A DNA stretch of 64,000 nucleotides from an uncultured bacterium (GTDB lineage Bacteria > Verrucomicrobiota > Verrucomicrobiia > Verrucomicrobiales > DEV007). The notes below the pieces were generated by a model. It was not told where the DNA came from. It did not search any database and saw only the letters and a list, made by a program, of their open reading frames with translations. Position 1 is the first letter of the stretch. The number at the start of each line of letters is the position of its first letter. The position numbers were made by a program, and so were the translations under genes. Shown here in pieces: positions 38,668 to 48,216 of this stretch. The DNA is taken from NCBI GenBank assembly GCA_963977015.1, contig CAXBMO010000001.1, positions 416,001-480,000 of the forward strand, given 5' to 3'.

Positions 38668-40319
38668 TAGCGATCCGGAGACGAAAAATCGATCTCGACG
38701 ATATTGTCGGAGAACGGTAACGCGATGGGATCCTCCTCATCTTCCTCCGCAGTGCGAAACTCGATAGCCCGGCATTCTTTCGCCACGGTTTCAACGATGA
38801 GCCCAAGAGTGTCGACGTCGAAGGGTTTGGAAAGATGATCGATGAATCCATAGTCCTGGTAGTTGGTCATCAAGTCATCCGTCGTATTGCCACTGATGAC
38901 GACGCAGGCGGCATCGGGGTCGATTTCCAAGAGCTTTCGGCAGGTCTCTCCCCCGCCCATTCCGCCTGGAATGTAAACGTCGAGAAAGGCTACATCAAAA
39001 CGATCACCATTCTCCATCGCATCGATGTAGGCTTCAATAGCCTCTTCTCCATCGGCACACGTCGTGACTCGGTGCCCCAATCCTTCCAGGCTGCGCTGAA
39101 GCACCAATCGAACCAGCTGTTGATCGTCGACGACCAAGACTTTCGCACCTTTCGTATCAAGAACACCACTTGTGACCGGGGTGAATGTTTCTTGTGGAAG
39201 GTCGACCGAAGCAGGCAAATGCATCTCGATTTTCAGTTTGTCCGCCTCAGCATCTGCAATGAGAATGCCGTGATTGCGTTTGATAACGCTTCGTGAAATG
39301 GCGAGGGAAAGGCCGGACGAAAACTGTGACGCTTGGGAGTAGGGCTCAAAGAACCGTTCTACCTCCCGGTTGGTGAGTTGCAGCGGAATCTCCATCGAAA
39401 AAGCGATGTAGTTGCCGTAGATGATCTCTCCTCCGAAAGCGGATTCAGGAGATTCCACCAATCGGTTCTCCGCATGAAATTGGATCTCTCCGGAGTGGCC
39501 TGTTGCATCGGCGGCGAAGGTTACCAATTGATGAATAACCTGGCCCAACTGAGCCGGATCAATGAAGGCAGCTTCCAGATCCTCGGCGAAATCGAACTCG
39601 CACTTGGTCCGGCTTCCACTGAGGGCAATCAGGCAGTTTTCGCGAACGACCTGCTGCAAATTGACCGCGCATGCCTCGGGTTGCTGGCTATTGGCGAATT
39701 CCAGTAGCTCTTTCGTCAGTTCCCTGGCACGAAGGCTTGCATTGTGGGCGGCTTCCAACAGGGCGGGTTGCAGTCGTCCTCTTCGGCCGCTTTCTTCCAT
39801 CGCGAGGTGAATGTTTCCAAGCACGCCGGTCAGGACATTGTTGAGATCATGAGCCAATCCCGAGGCGAATCGTTCCATCGATTCAAAGGCTGCGCTGCGT
39901 TGGCGAAAGACTTCGTTGTCCTCCTCCGGATTATTGGGCTGCGCGGTGAAAACCCGAAACACATGGCCATCGTCCTGCAGTTCCTGAATCTTGAGTTGAG
40001 GCGAGAAAAACGAGCCATTGCAGTGACGTGCTTCGACATTGATCAGCATGCACTCTGCGGAAAATGGCTGGCCGGTTTGGATGAACTCGAACTGTGGCGA
40101 AAAAAGCTCAGGGAGGTGAAGGCCATCCATTGCCGAATCGTCGTAGCCCCAGAGTCTGCAGGCGGCCTCGTTGGCAAAAGCGATCACATCGTCCTCATCA
40201 ACAGCAACCAAGGCTTCGCTTGAAACGTTGAGGAGCGAACGGAGGATTCGGGATGAGCGGTAGATATCCTTGCGGTGTTTTGTGCTGGAATCGACACGCT
40301 GATTGTTGCTGGATTTCAT
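38664..40319 (-). CDS. PAS hybrid histidine kinase/receiver protein with degenerate ATPase domain
   Basis: PAS domain, GLAHDLNN H-box, receiver VVDD..FLD..KPF. N and G boxes are eroded. Confidence 0.85.
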   Translation of the reverse strand: MKSSNNQRVDSSTKHRKDIYRSSRILRSLLNVSSEALVAVDEDDVIAFANEAACRLWGYDDSAMDGLHLPELFSPQFEFIQTGQPFSAECMLINVEARHCNGSFFSPQLKIQELQDDGHVFRVFTAQPNNPEEDNEVFRQRSAAFESMERFASGLAHDLNNVLTGVLGNIHLAMEESGRRGRLQPALLEAAHNASLRARELTKELLEFANSQQPEACAVNLQQVVRENCLIALSGSRTKCEFDFAEDLEAAFIDPAQLGQVIHQLVTFAADATGHSGEIQFHAENRLVESPESAFGGEIIYGNYIAFSMEIPLQLTNREVERFFEPYSQASQFSSGLSLAISRSVIKRNHGILIADAEADKLKIEMHLPASVDLPQETFTPVTSGVLDTKGAKVLVVDDQQLVRLVLQRSLEGLGHRVTTCADGEEAIEAYIDAMENGDRFDVAFLDVYIPGGMGGGETCRKLLEIDPDAACVVISGNTTDDLMTNYQDYGFIDHLSKPFDVDTLGLIVETVAKECRAIEFRTAEEDEEDPIALPFSDNIVEIDFSSPDRY

Positions 40320-40398
40320 GAAGGAGGGAAAGGAATCAAGGCAGGAGATTCCGAGCAGAGAATTCGTAGAGATGGGGAGGCGAGTGCCGTGAGGGAAC

Positions 40399-41226
40399 TT
40401 AGCGAGTGATAAATGCGTCGCTATAGCGGCCAGTTTGATACTGGATGTATTTCAGCCAGCGAACGGCGTCGCTTTGCTCAAAGAATACACCGCTGGTCAT
40501 CAGACGAAGGGGATAACTTCCGGGCTCGTCTGAATGAACGATCATGGTGTCGATGTTCATTTGGCGCAGTTCTTCGCGAACGGTGCGAGCCTTGGATGCG
40601 TCAGAAAAAGCTCCAAATTGCACCCTCAGAAGTGGGCGGTTTGCACTGGATCCATCTTCGGCGGGGGCCAGTTCTTGAGTTGTGGTGGCTGCTTCCTTTT
40701 GCTGTTCCTGCCACACTGCTGAACCGGGTTTCGCCGATTTGCTGGTTACGGGAACCAGTTTCTTCAGAATCGTGTTGGCCGATGTACGGGCTGCGGTCTT
40801 GCGGGCGCTTTCCGGGAGTGGAACGTGCTTGGCCTGGGATTGAAGTTGAGGGGTAGCCGCCAATGGGGCAACGCTCACTTCCGCGATGCGGAGGTTGAGA
40901 ATTCCAAGGCGCTCAGCTGCTGCATAGGAAACGTCGATCGCGTGTCCGGAATTGAATGGGTTGCGGTCGTTCACGCGAACGACAACGGAATCATTGGTTT
41001 TGAGGTGCGTGACGCGAACCATGGATCCGAACGGCAATTCCGGATGAGCCGCAGTGAACAGTCGTCCGTCATAAATCTCTCCCGAGGCCGTTGTCCCGTG
41101 ATGATCGGTGCGATAGTAGGACGCGCGTCCATAGATTTCGTCAGCGTTGGCAGGAGTGATGGTGAAGAAGGAGGAAGCAATGAGGAAGAGTCCCTGTAAA
41201 GCTGTGCGGATGGCGTTGTGTTTCAT
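40399..41226 (-). CDS. rlpA: RlpA-family lytic transglycosylase with SPOR-like domain
   Basis: GRASYY, TASGE, TAAHPELPFGS, VRVNDR, IDVS; C-terminal VQFGAFS. Confidence 0.88.
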   Translation of the reverse strand: MKHNAIRTALQGLFLIASSFFTITPANADEIYGRASYYRTDHHGTTASGEIYDGRLFTAAHPELPFGSMVRVTHLKTNDSVVVRVNDRNPFNSGHAIDVSYAAAERLGILNLRIAEVSVAPLAATPQLQSQAKHVPLPESARKTAARTSANTILKKLVPVTSKSAKPGSAVWQEQQKEAATTTQELAPAEDGSSANRPLLRVQFGAFSDASKARTVREELRQMNIDTMIVHSDEPGSYPLRLMTSGVFFEQSDAVRWLKYIQYQTGRYSDAFITR

Positions 41227-41433
41227 GACCGAAGTAGAGTTAGGAGGGAAATATTGATATTATTGAAACCTAAAGTAAAACAAACCCAGCCATAAAAACA
41301 GTAAAAAATGATAATTTAGGCACTTTTGGCTCGAAAGCACTTTCAGTGCCTGTTCTCCTGTTTCACTCGAGGCTCCAAATTGGGATTGATTTCACAATTT
41401 GGAATTCGATTCTGCCGCGCCACGCTTCAATTC

Positions 41434-42684
41434 ATGAGAAAGAAATCCACAGTTTCCGTATCTGCCATTATCCTCCTGCTGGGAATTCCTTCCGCATTTG
41501 CTCAAGACTCATCCAGCTTATCGGCAGGTGATACCGCCTGGATGCTCACGGCCACGGCTCTTGTGCTTTTCATGACGATTCCCGGTCTTGCTCTTTACTA
41601 CGGTGGACAGGTGCAGCGCAAGAACGTCTTGAGCGTGTTGATGAATTGCTTCGCGCTGACGTGCGTGATGAGCGTTGTCTGGCTGATCGTCGGCTACAGT
41701 TTGTCGGTTGGTGAATCTGGCGGCGGATTTTTTGGCCGAGGCCATGTTTTTCACCAGGGTGTCGGGAGAGAGGATATCCTGGAATCGGCTTTCCGGATGA
41801 CCTTCTTCATCTTCACTCCGGCGCTGATTATCGGCACGTTTGTTGAGCGAATGAAGTTTTCGGCAATGCTCCTGTTTTCCGTGCTGTGGGGCCTCACCGT
41901 TTTTGCTCCCATTTGTCACATCACCTGGTTCGGCGGATGGTTTCAGAAGGCGGGGGTTGTGGATCTCGCGGGTGGAATTGTGGTCCATCTATCAGCCGGG
42001 GTGGCCGCGTTGATCGCCTGCATCATGGTTGGCAAGCGTCAGAATCCACAGCCGCCCCACAATCTGCCAATGACGATGATGGGGACGGCAATGCTTTGGG
42101 TGGGATGGTTTGGATTCAATGGCGGGAGTCAGGGCGGCGCAAGCGACGAAGCTTCGATGACGCTGTTTGTGACCCACATTTCGGCAGCAACGGCAGCGAT
42201 AGTCTGGGCTGCGATCGAGTGGTTCACGATCAAGAAACCGAGCGTTCTCGGCATCGCGACAGGCGCCATCGCCGGATTGGCTGCGATTACGCCCGCTTCC
42301 GGAGTTGCCGGGCCAATGGGAGCTTTGCTGATTGGTGCGGTTTCCGGAATCTCCTGCTGGTGGGCGTCGGTTCGTCTGAAAGCCGCTCTTGGTTACGATG
42401 ATTCACTCGATGTTGTCGGAGTGCACGGTGTCGGCGGATTGGTCGGAACGTTGATGGTCGCGGTGGTCGGTCTCGGATCCATGGGGGGCTTCGGCGACAA
42501 GGGATTTGCCGAGCAATTGGGACTTCAATTTATGGGGGCGGGATTTACGATCGTCTACACCGCATTCGTCACCATGATTATTCTCCTTGTGACCATGGTG
42601 GTGTGCGGCGGACTACGTGTCAGCGACAGCGAAGAGAAGAAGGGGCTTGATCAATCCTCCCATGGGGAATCGGCCTATGATTAG
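41434..42684 (+). CDS. amtB: Ammonium transporter
   Basis: GDTAWML, PGLALYYGG, D(L)AGGIVVH, WVGWFGFNGGS, DDSLDVVGVHG. Confidence 0.95.
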   Translation: MRKKSTVSVSAIILLLGIPSAFAQDSSSLSAGDTAWMLTATALVLFMTIPGLALYYGGQVQRKNVLSVLMNCFALTCVMSVVWLIVGYSLSVGESGGGFFGRGHVFHQGVGREDILESAFRMTFFIFTPALIIGTFVERMKFSAMLLFSVLWGLTVFAPICHITWFGGWFQKAGVVDLAGGIVVHLSAGVAALIACIMVGKRQNPQPPHNLPMTMMGTAMLWVGWFGFNGGSQGGASDEASMTLFVTHISAATAAIVWAAIEWFTIKKPSVLGIATGAIAGLAAITPASGVAGPMGALLIGAVSGISCWWASVRLKAALGYDDSLDVVGVHGVGGLVGTLMVAVVGLGSMGGFGDKGFAEQLGLQFMGAGFTIVYTAFVTMIILLVTMVVCGGLRVSDSEEKKGLDQSSHGESAYD

Positions 42685-42718
42685 AGTCTCTCCGGAATCG
42701 GCCTCCGGATTGACCAAC

Positions 42719-43369
42719 TCAATCACTCTGACGAAACTTGCGTTTCGGGGCGATTCCAGGAATCGCTCCGTAACCCACGAATTTTGAAGTGCTTCCCTTT
42801 CGGGGCATTTTAAAATCGAAAACGCTGACTCCGTGCCGGGCTTTGCCGGCATAGTAACGACCGCTGCTTGCGCCAACCATGACGGGTTTTCCGTCGGCTT
42901 TCTTGTGGCCCAGAAAGAGCATGACGTGAGAGGTCGGGGGATTTCGTTTCCCGACATTGTAGGTTCCCTCCCAAAAGAGGAGGTCGCCAGGTTGCAACTT
43001 CCTCAACTGGGGGTCGTTCACTGAGGAAGCCCCTTTCACCCGGTTCAGGGTGCCGTGTTTGTCTGCCCAGAGGTAGATGGTGTTCGCTTGGCGTGGTGAT
43101 GCAAAGCCGCTTTTCGTCAAAATATGTTGGACTGTTCCCGAGCAGTCCATTCCCCCGTTGGAAGGGGAATTTGAGCCGTATTGATAACCGAGGTTCTGAC
43201 TGGTAAGGCTGAGCGCGTAACGCAGGACGCTTTGCACCAGCGCGGGTTGACGATCAAATTCCTGAATATCGGACGGTTTCAGGGATGAAACTGCAACTTT
43301 GGACGCGAATGCAGATGTGGGGAGGATCAGGAGAAGCAGTAAACGCAGAACACAGAGAGGTTGATTCAT
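42719..43369 (-). CDS. NlpC/P60 family protein, secreted
   Basis: YQYG, GMDCSG, LQPGDLLFW, SHVMLFLG. Confidence 0.88.
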   Translation of the reverse strand: MNQPLCVLRLLLLLILPTSAFASKVAVSSLKPSDIQEFDRQPALVQSVLRYALSLTSQNLGYQYGSNSPSNGGMDCSGTVQHILTKSGFASPRQANTIYLWADKHGTLNRVKGASSVNDPQLRKLQPGDLLFWEGTYNVGKRNPPTSHVMLFLGHKKADGKPVMVGASSGRYYAGKARHGVSVFDFKMPRKGSTSKFVGYGAIPGIAPKRKFRQSD

Positions 43370-43410
43370 GGATGATGAGACGCAACAAGGCTGGAAATGA
43401 TGCAATCCGA

Positions 43411-44655
43411 TTAGCCGGGGAGTTGTCGGGGCGAGCTCATGGGGCTGTCAACGACTTCCCGGAGCCAGCGGAGGGCGTTTCTGGCTCCTTGAACCACGCG
43501 CGAGGGAAGAATCTCTTCCGCCTGGAGGTTGTTGGCAATCAGGTCTTCGTGGGTTTTGAATCGAGGTCGCAATTCGATCAGCGAAAGATACGTCTCTTCT
43601 CCGGCTTTTCGTGTTGTGATGGCGGGAAATGCCAAGCCTTTGCGCACGCCAAGACGGACGTTGGAAAGCAAAACCCGGACTTCGCGGCTTGGGAGGCACA
43701 GCCAAGGCTGGAAGCGAAATACCAATTCATTGCCTTCCCGCCGGACGGTTCCGTAGGTGCGTGGTTTGACTCCGGGAAGTCCCGGCCGGGCAAATCCTGA
43801 AATCTCTTCTCCGTCCTTCAGCGGCGTATCAAACCGGCTCAACAGAACGTCCCAGGCGAAAATGCTCCCAAACACATTCCAGCGAAAAGCCCACCCCGAG
43901 ATCGCGATGCAGAAAACCACGATAACCAGTGAGAGCGCGATTCCAAGCCAGGGAGAAAGGACCGACAACGCGGCGAATCCCGCCAAAAACATGGCCTTGA
44001 GCGCCAAAATTCCCGAAGTGATGATTGTGGAGGGGCTGAGAAGCAAAAGGCAGCGCAGGGCATGAAACGCCATCCAAACGGCCCCGAACATGAGGAGCAG
44101 GAGCGGCAACGCGAGAAAGATGGGAGCGATCAGCGGCATCGTGGCGAGGGGAGGGGCATGGCCGGATTCCATGAGTGGGGCTGATTCGGGAATCTGGGCT
44201 GCGATCGAGGCGGGAATGACTGCCAGGGCGACAACCAAGCCGCTCAGTTTGTTCTCCAACACGCTCAACGCGGATAATGGCTTGGTCAGCAGTTCGGGAA
44301 CGAGAGCGCCGAACGTGTTCTTGAAAATCCCGAGTCCAAAAATTCCAAGAGCAACGCCCCAAACCCACGGATTGGTGTACCACGGCAAATCCGCCCGAAA
44401 CTCGGCGTCGGTCTTCAGGTATTCCCACAATCCGAGAACGCCCATCCCCAGCAATGGAGAAATGGCCATTCCCGTGGTTGACGTGACCAAGCGTTCCAGT
44501 TTTACCGCTTCGCCAAAAACCGATTGGTTGAGCGTTTCTTCCGCCATCGGGACTCCTGCCTCGGGATCGGGAGTTTCTGCGGAAGAAGTCTGTCCGAAGG
44601 TCTGCGTGGTAACCAACGCAAAGACAAGAAAAACGGGGGCGATGATGAATTTCAT
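43411..44655 (-). CDS. Hypothetical multi-pass membrane protein
   Basis: Signal peptide plus several hydrophobic helices. Confidence 0.75.
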   Translation of the reverse strand: MKFIIAPVFLVFALVTTQTFGQTSSAETPDPEAGVPMAEETLNQSVFGEAVKLERLVTSTTGMAISPLLGMGVLGLWEYLKTDAEFRADLPWYTNPWVWGVALGIFGLGIFKNTFGALVPELLTKPLSALSVLENKLSGLVVALAVIPASIAAQIPESAPLMESGHAPPLATMPLIAPIFLALPLLLLMFGAVWMAFHALRCLLLLSPSTIITSGILALKAMFLAGFAALSVLSPWLGIALSLVIVVFCIAISGWAFRWNVFGSIFAWDVLLSRFDTPLKDGEEISGFARPGLPGVKPRTYGTVRREGNELVFRFQPWLCLPSREVRVLLSNVRLGVRKGLAFPAITTRKAGEETYLSLIELRPRFKTHEDLIANNLQAEEILPSRVVQGARNALRWLREVVDSPMSSPRQLPG

Positions 44656-44767
44656 GGTAGCACGTTGCAGGCTACACGAAATGGCCGCCTTAGGCGCGAC
44701 AAAATTCAGCCCTGTTTGTAGCGGGGAACCGTTCGTTGCCGCCTGCTCAAATTCCGCGCGTCCCGGG

Positions 44768-45298
44768 CTAACTGAACTTCAGGCGATTACAAAAGGCCAG
44801 GATCGCTTCATCCGTGAGATCCTGTTTGCTGCCTACAATCCGAATCTTCACAATATGTTCGCCGACCAGGAGCGCTTGAACCACCGTGCGCTGCTCGGCA
44901 CCGCCAGGTTGGGTTGTTGTGATGAGCCTTATCGCAGGATAACCGCCCACCGTGAGTGTCATGGCAGACTCTTCCTCGCGATTGAGTGCGTCTGCGAACT
45001 GACGTTCTTTGGTTAGAAGCTTCTCGGTATCGTCAATGTCTCCAGCTTCGGAAACCTGGAAGTAGGTCGTGATACGACCGTTGTCTGTGAACTTGCGCGT
45101 TGTGTATAGAATGAATCGGTTTCCAGAGGGCAGCGTTTTGTCTGTCGTCTCGGGCTCGCTGTCGAACTCAAAGCTGAGATTTCCAAACTTGAGGATCGTA
45201 TCGTCGAGCCCCGGAATATCAAAAGCCATTGCGGTATTACCGAGATTGCACGCAAGTAATACTGTTAGGGTAAAAGCTTTAGAGAAGAACGGATCCAC
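44768..45298 (-). CDS. Hypothetical secreted protein
   Basis: GTG start; signal peptide ending AMA. Confidence 0.65.
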   Translation of the reverse strand: MDPFFSKAFTLTVLLACNLGNTAMAFDIPGLDDTILKFGNLSFEFDSEPETTDKTLPSGNRFILYTTRKFTDNGRITTYFQVSEAGDIDDTEKLLTKERQFADALNREEESAMTLTVGGYPAIRLITTTQPGGAEQRTVVQALLVGEHIVKIRIVGSKQDLTDEAILAFCNRLKFS

Positions 45299-45315
45299 GT
45301 TAGGAACCTAACGTG
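45296..45315. promoter_or_regulatory. Perfect inverted repeat CACGTTAGG-AA-CCTAACGTG, candidate operator
   Basis: 9-bp arms with a 2-nt spacer, overlapping the predicted start of 44768..45298. Confidence 0.4.
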
Positions 45316-45382
45316 CTCTGAAAAATCACAACAAAATTGATGGGGAATCTTCGCCCCTCTGAAGACGCCGATTGAGCCGGGG

Positions 45383-46495
45383 CTAATCGCAAAGCGTCAC
45401 CATCTCGACGACCTTCAAACCGTGCCCATCCAGGCCAACGATCTTACGGGCGTGGTTAGAAAGGAGCCGAAGTTCGCGAACTCCCAGGTCAGAGAGAATC
45501 TGCGCCCCAATTCCATAGTCACGAAGGTCCATGGGAGTCTTTTGGGGAGAGTCGGTTTCTTCGAGGTGTTCCAGAATTGATTGATCGCTGGAATCTCGTT
45601 TCATGTAGATGAGAACGCCATTCCCTTCCTCGGCAATCCGTTTGAGGGAAAGATCGAGAAGACTCTTCTTGTGACTTGGATCACCGGGGCCAAAGACGTC
45701 TTCGATCACGTCCTCTCGGTGGACTCGAACCAGCGTGGGGTGCTGGTTGTCGACGTCTCCTCGAACCAAGGCAAAGTGAAACCGTTTGGAAATCGTGCTT
45801 TGATAAACGTGGAGATCAAATGGGCCATGTGCGGTGTGAATCGTTTTTTTCTTCTGAAACTCCACCAACTTCTCCCGCATCTGCCGGAAATTAATCAGTT
45901 CGGCAATGGTGCAGACTTTCAATTGATGTTGGTTCGCAAACTTCACCAATTCCGGGAGCCGGGCCATTGTTCCGTCCTCATTCAGAATCTCGCAAATGAC
46001 GGCAGCTGGTGGAAAGCCCGCCAACGTGGCGAGATCGACCGCCGCTTCGGTATGACCCGCGCGTCTCAGAACTCCGCCAGGTTTGGCCTGCAGTGGAAAA
46101 ATGTGTCCCGGCTGGACCAAATCTGCCGGTTTTGCCTTGGGATCCGCAAGAATCTCAATGGTTTTCGCGCGGTCGGGAGCGCTGATTCCCGTGGTGATTC
46201 CCTTGGCGGCATCAATCGAAACGGTGAAATTTGTGCCATATGCCTCACGATTTCTCCGAACCATCGCCTCGAGATCAAGCTCGGCGGCACGTTCCTCCGT
46301 AATCGGTGTGCAAATCAGGCCCCGCCCATGCACCGCCATGAAGTTGACCAACTCAGGGGTGATGGTAGCGGCTGCGGCAATCAAATCGCCTTCGTTCTCC
46401 CGGTCTTCATCGTCCACCACGATCACCAGTTTGCCGGCTGCAATATCGGCAATGACATCTTCGATCGGACTAAAGGGGGAATCGGGTTGGCTCAT
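45383..46495 (-). CDS. ribB: DHBP synthase fused to a degenerate GTP cyclohydrolase II domain (RibBX type)
   Basis: DDEDRENEGD, TGISAPDR, PGHIFPL, RAGHTEA. The RibA domain lacks the Zn cysteines (VRVHREDVIEDVFG). Confidence 0.9.
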   Translation of the reverse strand: MSQPDSPFSPIEDVIADIAAGKLVIVVDDEDRENEGDLIAAAATITPELVNFMAVHGRGLICTPITEERAAELDLEAMVRRNREAYGTNFTVSIDAAKGITTGISAPDRAKTIEILADPKAKPADLVQPGHIFPLQAKPGGVLRRAGHTEAAVDLATLAGFPPAAVICEILNEDGTMARLPELVKFANQHQLKVCTIAELINFRQMREKLVEFQKKKTIHTAHGPFDLHVYQSTISKRFHFALVRGDVDNQHPTLVRVHREDVIEDVFGPGDPSHKKSLLDLSLKRIAEEGNGVLIYMKRDSSDQSILEHLEETDSPQKTPMDLRDYGIGAQILSDLGVRELRLLSNHARKIVGLDGHGLKVVEMVTLCD

Positions 46496-46578
46496 GGGCT
46501 GGTTTCCAGGTTGTCGTTCCAATGGGGCGGTGATGGCTGGGCCTGCCTACTTAGGACTAGGATTGCAGCGCTGTCAGG

Positions 46579-46995
46579 TCAAAGCATGTGGGCAAATGTC
46601 GCGCCCAAAGCCATTGGTCCCAGTTGATGGTTTGTGCCGGCTTTCAGAAGCACCCACTGCACAAACGTGTTGCTGTTGGGGCCGGGCCACGACCAGTAGC
46701 GGAAGCGAGCCGGGTAACTTTCCGAGATCGTGCGCAACACCCCGAGAATTTCATCAGCTGGTCGATCGTGCCAGGTTACCTCGACCCAGCTACCGCCATT
46801 CCCGACTCCATCTGCGGGGGACTTGAGATTTTTATGGAGATGGCCCCACGATTCACCACGAACATCCGGATCCTGCCAAATTTCCCATCGAACCGGAGTT
46901 TCGGGATTGGTCCGGTCGACGAGCCAGTAGTGGGCCGCAATCCGTCCGAGAAATCCCGGGAGTCGCGCGAGACGAAGTTCGACCGTTGGTGTCAT
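46579..46995 (-). CDS. DUF3750-like protein
   Basis: AAHYW, RWEIW, YWSWPGPNSNTFV. ATGA overlap with the upstream protease gene. Confidence 0.7.
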   Translation of the reverse strand: MTPTVELRLARLPGFLGRIAAHYWLVDRTNPETPVRWEIWQDPDVRGESWGHLHKNLKSPADGVGNGGSWVEVTWHDRPADEILGVLRTISESYPARFRYWSWPGPNSNTFVQWVLLKAGTNHQLGPMALGATFAHML

Positions 46996-48002
46996 GTGGA
47001 TCGTGGGCGTGGGGTGACGTGTCGCGTCAACTTCTCGCCGTTTCTGATGACTTCAATCGGCCAACGTTGGTTGGCGCGCTCCTTCCCCATCATTCGGTGG
47101 AGATCGTCAATGCCATGAATCGCCGATTCGGCGAACCCGACAATCAAATCACCGTCCCGCAAACCGGCTTCGTCGGCCGGGCTTCCGCTTTCGACCTCAA
47201 CGACGAGAAGGGCCGTGTTTTCCGTTAGCTTGAACCGGCGCTGAGCCGAAGGAAGCAGATTGACATTTTGTCCGGCGACTCCCAGATAGCAGCGATCAAT
47301 TCGTCCGCTCGTAATCAATTCGGTGGCGACATAAAGCGCGGTTTTGCAGCCAATCGCAAAGCTGATTCCCTGGGCCGGTCGAATCACCGCGGTGTTCACG
47401 CCGATGACCTCGCCACGGCTGTTGACCAGTGGACCGCCCGAGTTTCCGGGATTGAGCGAGGCATCCGTTTGAATGACGTCTTCAATCAGCCGGCCGGTTT
47501 CGCTTCGCAAACTTCGCCCCAACGCGCTCACCACTCCTGCGGTGACCGTTTGTTGAAACCCGAGGGGGCTTCCAATCGCAATCGCCATTTGTCCCACGCG
47601 AAGCGAACTCTCATTGGCAAACGTGAGATGGGGCAGGGGGGATTGCGTATTGATCTGCAGCAGCGCCAGGTCGGTGAAGGGATCGTCACCCACGAGGTAG
47701 CCGGGCAATTCCTCCCCACTCTGCAGCGTAATGCGAAATTCACGATTTCCACCGGCGACATGACTGTTGGTGACGAGGAAGCCATCGGGAGTCATGAGAA
47801 AACCGGAGCCATGGGCATGGCCATTGCCGGTTGCGACGTGGACCACGGCTGGTCCGGAAATTTCGACCGATTGGGTCACCGCTTCGGAATAGGCATCGAG
47901 AGCTGCACGATTATCGGGGGCGGGGAGATTCGAAGGGGAGGGAGGTTCCGGGACTCGTTTCTTACCGGACCCGAACAAGACTGGTTGAGTAAAAAATTTC
48001 AT
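46992..48002 (-). CDS. HtrA/DegP-like serine protease with one PDZ domain, no signal peptide
   Basis: GSGF, TNSHV, DLAL, IQTDASLNPGNSGGPL; PDZ SPADEAGL. Confidence 0.92.
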   Translation of the reverse strand: MKFFTQPVLFGSGKKRVPEPPSPSNLPAPDNRAALDAYSEAVTQSVEISGPAVVHVATGNGHAHGSGFLMTPDGFLVTNSHVAGGNREFRITLQSGEELPGYLVGDDPFTDLALLQINTQSPLPHLTFANESSLRVGQMAIAIGSPLGFQQTVTAGVVSALGRSLRSETGRLIEDVIQTDASLNPGNSGGPLVNSRGEVIGVNTAVIRPAQGISFAIGCKTALYVATELITSGRIDRCYLGVAGQNVNLLPSAQRRFKLTENTALLVVEVESGSPADEAGLRDGDLIVGFAESAIHGIDDLHRMMGKERANQRWPIEVIRNGEKLTRHVTPRPRST

Positions 48003-48149
48003 GGGGAGATAGGGGCTGCTTACTTTGAGACTGAAAATTCGAGGTACCTTACAATCGCCATTGGAGCGGAAACTTGTTTGGGCCGGGCTTTTCAGTGTTG
48101 GGCCTCGAAACTTGGACGGGAAAAGGGCCGGTTGTCTTGAGTGCCTGCG

Positions 48150-48188
48150 AATTGTCACAAACTCTCGCTGGCGGTTTGTGTGACAATT
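48150..48188. promoter_or_regulatory. Inverted repeat AATTGTCACA-N19-TGTGACAATT in a divergent promoter region
   Basis: 10-bp perfect arms between the htrA-like gene and the ROK-ppk1 operon. Confidence 0.4.
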
Positions 48189-48216
48189 TCGTAAAGAAGG
48201 GTCGAAAGATACGATT

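Noticed and set aside
41318-41351. NtrC site or sigma-54 promoter upstream of amtB
   Set aside because: The GCAC-N5-GTGC spacing is wrong for NtrC, and there is no proper -24/-12 GG-N10-GC consensus.
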